From NCBI GenBank assembly GCA_963714625.1, contig CAVQOY010000014.1, positions 92,411 through 156,410 of the forward strand: a stretch of DNA of 64,000 nt. Direction: 5' to 3'. How positions within the stretch are numbered: the first letter of the stretch is position 1; each line of letters begins with the position of its first letter. A program made the position numbers and the translations under genes. Positions 60,223 through 64,000 of the stretch are shown piece by piece. Origin of the DNA: an uncultured Actinomycetota bacterium. Its GTDB lineage: Bacteria; Actinomycetota; Actinomycetes; Propionibacteriales; Nocardioidaceae. The notes under the pieces are model-generated. The model was not told the DNA's origin, made no database searches, and saw only the letters and a program-made list of their open reading frames with translations.

Positions 60223-61361
60223 CCCCGGCGAGCGCGCCGACGCTGACCGCGCCGCAGGAAGCGGCCCTGGCCGAGCCGGCACCGGCCGCGGGAGGGCAAC
60301 GTCCCGTCCTCGAGATCACCGACGTGTCGAAGGCCTACGGCAAGGTTCCGGCCGTGACCGGGCTGTCGCTCCGGGCCGCTCCGGGTGAGCTCGTCACCGT
60401 CATCGGACCCTCGGGCTGCGGCAAGTCCACACTGCTCCGCCTCGTGGCCGGGCTGGAGAAGCCCGACGCGGGCAGCATCCACATCGACGGTGAGGTGCAG
60501 GCCGGCGGTCGCTGGGTGCCGCCCGAGCGTCGTCGCGTCGGCCTGGTGTTCCAGGACCACGCGCTGTTCCCGCACCTCGACGTCCGGCGCAACATCGCCT
60601 TCGGCCTCGACAAGCTGCCCGCGAGGGCGCGGCGTGCCCGTGTCGACGAGGTGCTCACGCTGACCCGGCTCGGCGCCCTCGCCGATCGCTACCCGCACGA
60701 GATCTCCGGCGGCGAGCAGCAGCGCGTGGCCCTCGCCCGGGCGCTGGCGCCGCGACCGGCGGTCATCCTTCTCGACGAGCCCTTCAGCAGCCTGGACGAG
60801 ACGCTGCGCGGCCAGCTGCGGGCCGACACCGTGACGTTGCTGCGCGAGACCGGCACCACCGGGATCCTCGTCACCCACGACCAGACCGAGGCGCTGTCGG
60901 TGGGCGACCGGGTCGTGGTCATGCGCGACGGCCTGGTCGAGCAGGCCGACACCCCGGTGATGGTCTTCGAGCGACCCGCGTCGCGCTTCGTCGCCTCGTT
61001 CATGGGCGACGCCGTCTTCCTGCCCGCGCACGTGCGCGAAGCCCTGCTGACCTGCGAGCTCGGGGTGGTCTCGACCGTCCCCGGCTGGGGCGACGCCGAC
61101 GTCGACGTCGACGTGGTGCTGCGCCCCCACGAGGTGGCCCTGACCGCGGACCCCGACGGTGGCGGCACCGTCACCGCGGTGGCCTACCACGGTGCGTTCG
61201 TGCTGCACACCGTGGCGCTGGCCAGCGGGCGGGAGATCCGGTCCTGGCAGCCGCACGCCGTCCGGCACCCGGTCGGGAGCCGGGTCGACGTCTCCGTCGT
61301 GGCCGGGCTCACCCCCACCCTGCTCGTCGGGGACCGAGCCGTCACCGAGCCGCCCGGCTGA
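60219..61361 (+). CDS. ABC transporter ATP-binding protein (FbpC-like)
   Basis: Walker A GPSGCGKST, signature ISGGEQQR, Walker B ILLDEP and a C-terminal TOBE-like domain. GTGA overlap with the upstream stop. Confidence 0.9.
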   Translation: MTPASAPTLTAPQEAALAEPAPAAGGQRPVLEITDVSKAYGKVPAVTGLSLRAAPGELVTVIGPSGCGKSTLLRLVAGLEKPDAGSIHIDGEVQAGGRWVPPERRRVGLVFQDHALFPHLDVRRNIAFGLDKLPARARRARVDEVLTLTRLGALADRYPHEISGGEQQRVALARALAPRPAVILLDEPFSSLDETLRGQLRADTVTLLRETGTTGILVTHDQTEALSVGDRVVVMRDGLVEQADTPVMVFERPASRFVASFMGDAVFLPAHVREALLTCELGVVSTVPGWGDADVDVDVVLRPHEVALTADPDGGGTVTAVAYHGAFVLHTVALASGREIRSWQPHAVRHPVGSRVDVSVVAGLTPTLLVGDRAVTEPPG

Positions 61362-61392
61362 CCGCTGCCGCGCGCCCGGTAGGTTCGTGCCG

Positions 61393-62721
61393 ATGCCCGA
61401 CACCGACACCCCCACCGACACCCCGTCCACCAGGGGGACCCGGCCGACCTCGCGTCCCGCGCCTCGCTCCGCCCCTGCGCTCGACGTCGACCCGGACCTG
61501 GACGACCAGCGACGGAGCGCGTTGCGGCGCATGCGGGTCGTCGCTGTCGGACTGCTGCTCTTCGCCGCCACCGTCTACCTCGTCACCCTCGACGAGACCG
61601 GCTTTCTCGGCTTCGTCAACGCCGGCGCCGAGGCCTCGATGGTCGGGGCGATCGCGGACTGGTTCGCCGTGGTCGCGCTCTTCAAGCACCCGCTCGGGCT
61701 GCCGATCCCGCACACCGCACTGGTGCAGAAGCGCAAGGAGATGCTTGGCCGCGGGCTCGAGGAGTTCGTGGGGGAGAACTTCCTGCAGCCCGACATCATC
61801 AAGGAGCGGGTGCTCGGCGCCGAGCCCGCGCTCAAGGCGGGGCAGTGGCTCGGCGAGGAGCGTCACGCTCGCCGCGTCGTGGTCGAGGCCACCGACCTGC
61901 TGCGCCTGGGCCTCGGCCGGGTCAAGGACGAGGACGTCGCCGACTTCGTCGAGTCGGTCCTGGTGCCCCGCTTCCTGGAGGAGCCGATCAGCCCGATCGT
62001 CGGAAGCCTGCTCAAGGAGGTCGTCGATGACGGCGCCCACCACGGTGTGGTGGACCTGCTCCTCGAGGAGGCGCACCGCTGGCTCAGCGGCAACGAGTCC
62101 ACCTTCCACGACGTCGTGGTCGAGCGGGCGCCCTGGTGGGCACCCGACTCCCTCAACGAGCGCGTCATCCACCGCCTCCACACCGAGATCCTCAACTGGC
62201 TCGAGGACATCCGGCGCGAGCCGCACCACCGTTCGCGCATCGCCCTGGACCGGCTTCTGCGCGACCTGGCCCGCGACCTGCTCGAGGACGCGGCGACCAT
62301 CGAGCGGATGGAGCGGCTCAAGGCCCGCTTCCTCGGCCACCCCCAGGTCACGACCACCTACATCTCGCTGTGGAACGCGCTCAAGCGCTCGCTGGAGAAG
62401 GCACTGGCCGACACCGACGGGGAGATCGTGCGACGTGGCGTGCGCGAGGTCCAGGCCTACGGTCAGCGCCTTCTCGGGGACGCCGCCCGTCGCGAACGGC
62501 TCGACGCCCGCGCCGCCGACCTGGCGGTGTTCCTCATCGACCGCTACGGCCGCGAGCTGACCGCCGTCATCACCACCACGATCGACGAGTGGGACGGCAA
62601 GGAGGCCTCGCAGAAGATCGAGCTGCACGTCGGCAAGGACCTGCAGTTCATCCGGATCAACGGCACCATCGTCGGCGGCCTCGTCGGCGTGCTCATCCAC
62701 GCCGTGGCGGTCACGCTGTGA
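61393..62721 (+). CDS. DUF445 family membrane-associated protein
   Basis: GAIADWFAVVALFKHPLGLPIPHTALV and the C-terminal INGTIVGGLVG blocks are typical of DUF445. ATG 61393 within ORF 61159..62721. Confidence 0.8.
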   Translation: MPDTDTPTDTPSTRGTRPTSRPAPRSAPALDVDPDLDDQRRSALRRMRVVAVGLLLFAATVYLVTLDETGFLGFVNAGAEASMVGAIADWFAVVALFKHPLGLPIPHTALVQKRKEMLGRGLEEFVGENFLQPDIIKERVLGAEPALKAGQWLGEERHARRVVVEATDLLRLGLGRVKDEDVADFVESVLVPRFLEEPISPIVGSLLKEVVDDGAHHGVVDLLLEEAHRWLSGNESTFHDVVVERAPWWAPDSLNERVIHRLHTEILNWLEDIRREPHHRSRIALDRLLRDLARDLLEDAATIERMERLKARFLGHPQVTTTYISLWNALKRSLEKALADTDGEIVRRGVREVQAYGQRLLGDAARRERLDARAADLAVFLIDRYGRELTAVITTTIDEWDGKEASQKIELHVGKDLQFIRINGTIVGGLVGVLIHAVAVTL

Positions 62722-62990
62722 CGGGCGGGGGCGCGGACGGGCACACGGCGGGCACCGGCAAGCCGGGGGAGCCGCGCCTGGTGGCGGTCCGCGAGGCAAG
62801 CATCCGCCTGGGCCAGCTGCTCAAGCTCGCCGACCTGGCCGACGCCGGCTCCGACGCCAAGGCGCTGCTGGCCGAGGGCGACGTCCGGGTCAACAGCGAG
62901 GTGGAGACCCGGCGTGGTCGCCAGCTGGTCCGTGGCGACGTCGTCACCGTCGACCTGCCCACCGGTCCGGTCTCGGTCCAGGTGGACTGA
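62718..62990 (+). CDS. RNA-binding S4 domain protein (YbcJ-like)
   Basis: IRLGQLLKLADLADAGSDAKALLAEGDVRVNSEVETRRGRQLVRGDVV. GTG 62718 overlaps the DUF445 stop (GTGA). Confidence 0.7.
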   Translation: MTGGGADGHTAGTGKPGEPRLVAVREASIRLGQLLKLADLADAGSDAKALLAEGDVRVNSEVETRRGRQLVRGDVVTVDLPTGPVSVQVD

Positions 62991-62998
62991 GCCGGGCC

Positions 62999-64000
62999 TC
63001 ACCGGACAGCGAAGCGAGGGGCGACGATCTCGTCGACCAGGTAGTCGAAGAGGTCCGGCCTGAGCCGGCTCACGGGACCCTCGAGGTCCACCTCGGAGGC
63101 GACCACGACGACGAGGTCGCGCTCGGGAACCACCTCGACCAGCTGCCCGCCGTACCCCCAGGCGCGGTACGACGGTGACCCGTCGGCCTCGTCGACCCAC
63201 CACAGGTAGCCGTAGCCCTCCCCGGCGCCGGACGCCTCCACGTGCGACCGTGTCGCCTCGGCGACCCAGTCCGCGGGGACCACCTGCCTGCCCTCCCACC
63301 GGCCTTCCGCGAGGTGGAGCCGCCCGAAGGCCAGCAGGTCCTCGGGGCGGAGCTTCAGCAGGACCCAGCCCAGGGCTCGTCCCTGCGGGTCCACCGGCCA
63401 GGCGAAATCGGCCGCATCGTAGGCCGCGGCGTTGCGTCGTACGGCGAGCGGCTGGGCCGCAGGACGGGAGTCGACCCCCAGCGGGTCGAGGAGGATTCGG
63501 CGGGCGTAGGACAGCACAGAGGTGCCGGTAGCCTCGGTCAGCACGGCGCTGAGCAGGTGCGCGCCGCCGTCGGAGTAGGCGAAGGTGCCGGCGTCCGCGG
63601 GAGCCGCGTCGCGCAGGACGGCCAGGGTCCAGTCCGGCGCACGCATGAACTCCTGGTCGGGGTCGAACCACGTCCCGGCGAAGCCTCCGGTCATCGTCAG
63701 CACCTGCTCGAGCGTCGTCGCCGCGACCTCCGGCGGCATGGCCCGGTCCGGCAGCAGCTCACCCAGCGTGGCGTCCACCCCCTCGATCAGCCCGTCGCCG
63801 ACCGCGATGCCCACCAGCGTCGACATCACGGACTTGGTGACCGACTCCGTGCCGAAGAAGTCCTCGGGGCCGGCGAGCTGGTACTCGGCGAGCACCACCT
63901 CGTCACCGGTGGCCACGAGGACGGCCCGGACGTCGTCGAAGATGTCCTGGGAGCCGAGGTAGGCGGCGACCTCGGTGGTCAGAGCCTTGACCTCGGCCGA
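62999..64000 (-). CDS. Serine hydrolase, beta-lactamase (class C/PBP4*-like) family; 5' end outside window
   Basis: SxxK motif SVTKS and the YSDGG region. I checked that the frame stays open from 63916 to the window end, so the listed 62999..63916 ORF is an internal GTG. Confidence 0.8.
   Translation of the reverse strand, partial: SAEVKALTTEVAAYLGSQDIFDDVRAVLVATGDEVVLAEYQLAGPEDFFGTESVTKSVMSTLVGIAVGDGLIEGVDATLGELLPDRAMPPEVAATTLEQVLTMTGGFAGTWFDPDQEFMRAPDWTLAVLRDAAPADAGTFAYSDGGAHLLSAVLTEATGTSVLSYARRILLDPLGVDSRPAAQPLAVRRNAAAYDAADFAWPVDPQGRALGWVLLKLRPEDLLAFGRLHLAEGRWEGRQVVPADWVAEATRSHVEASGAGEGYGYLWWVDEADGSPSYRAWGYGGQLVEVVPERDLVVVVASEVDLEGPVSRLRPDLFDYLVDEIVAPRFAVR

Overview
This is a very GC-rich, gene-dense chromosomal segment with actinobacterial hallmarks: an IdeR-type iron box, a DosS/DosR-like pair, a GlnA3-like gamma-glutamylpolyamine synthetase, a fused IcmF mutase, many GTG starts and many ATGA/GTGA stop-start overlaps. 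It is plausibly Nocardioides-like, but the taxon cannot be verified from here. I call 53 protein-coding genes (two cut by the window edges) and two probable gene remnants. I recognised no rRNA, tRNA, CRISPR array, transposase, integrase or phage genes.

Content by region:
- 1-9.7 kb: peptidases/hydrolases, efflux pumps and TetR regulators.
- 9.7-32 kb: a loose polyamine/guanidino-compound catabolic supercluster. It holds an HDAC-family amidohydrolase, a class V aminotransferase and a permease; an agmatinase-family ureohydrolase coupled to a group II decarboxylase; and a GlnA3-like synthetase, aldehyde dehydrogenase, SDR and PuuD-like hydrolase. A MerR-controlled amylosucrase and a META lipoprotein interrupt it.
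- 32-36.4 kb: a bioY...bioMN ECF biotin transporter operon with an ANL ligase and a thiolase inserted.
- 36.5-40.4 kb: glutamine amidotransferase, a hypothetical protein, an amidase and an adenylate cyclase.
- 40.4-45.9 kb: GH42 beta-galactosidase, galK and a solitary N6-adenine DNA methyltransferase.
- 46-51.4 kb: acyl-CoA dehydrogenase, GNAT acetyltransferase and icmF.
- 51.4-57.4 kb: MarR, a GAF-GAF histidine kinase, PNPOx, YceI, a hypothetical protein, TetR and a DosR-like regulator.
- 57.4-61.4 kb: an IdeR-boxed Fe3+ ABC importer.
- 61.4-64 kb: DUF445, an S4-domain protein and a serine hydrolase.

I found no clear multi-gene novel defence-type system. The best candidates for undescribed biology are:
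- the bioY-ligase-thiolase-bioMN operon, whose thiolase lacks its second catalytic Cys;
- the MamA-like orphan methyltransferase fused onto the lac/gal operon, which carries in-frame repeats;
- a roughly 39-bp REP/MITE-like palindromic element (three copies, two forming a large intra-operon hairpin);
- intergenic tandem arrays at 22.1-22.4 kb;
- a possible DosR-box-driven short transcript.

All family assignments come from motif recognition by eye. No searches were run.
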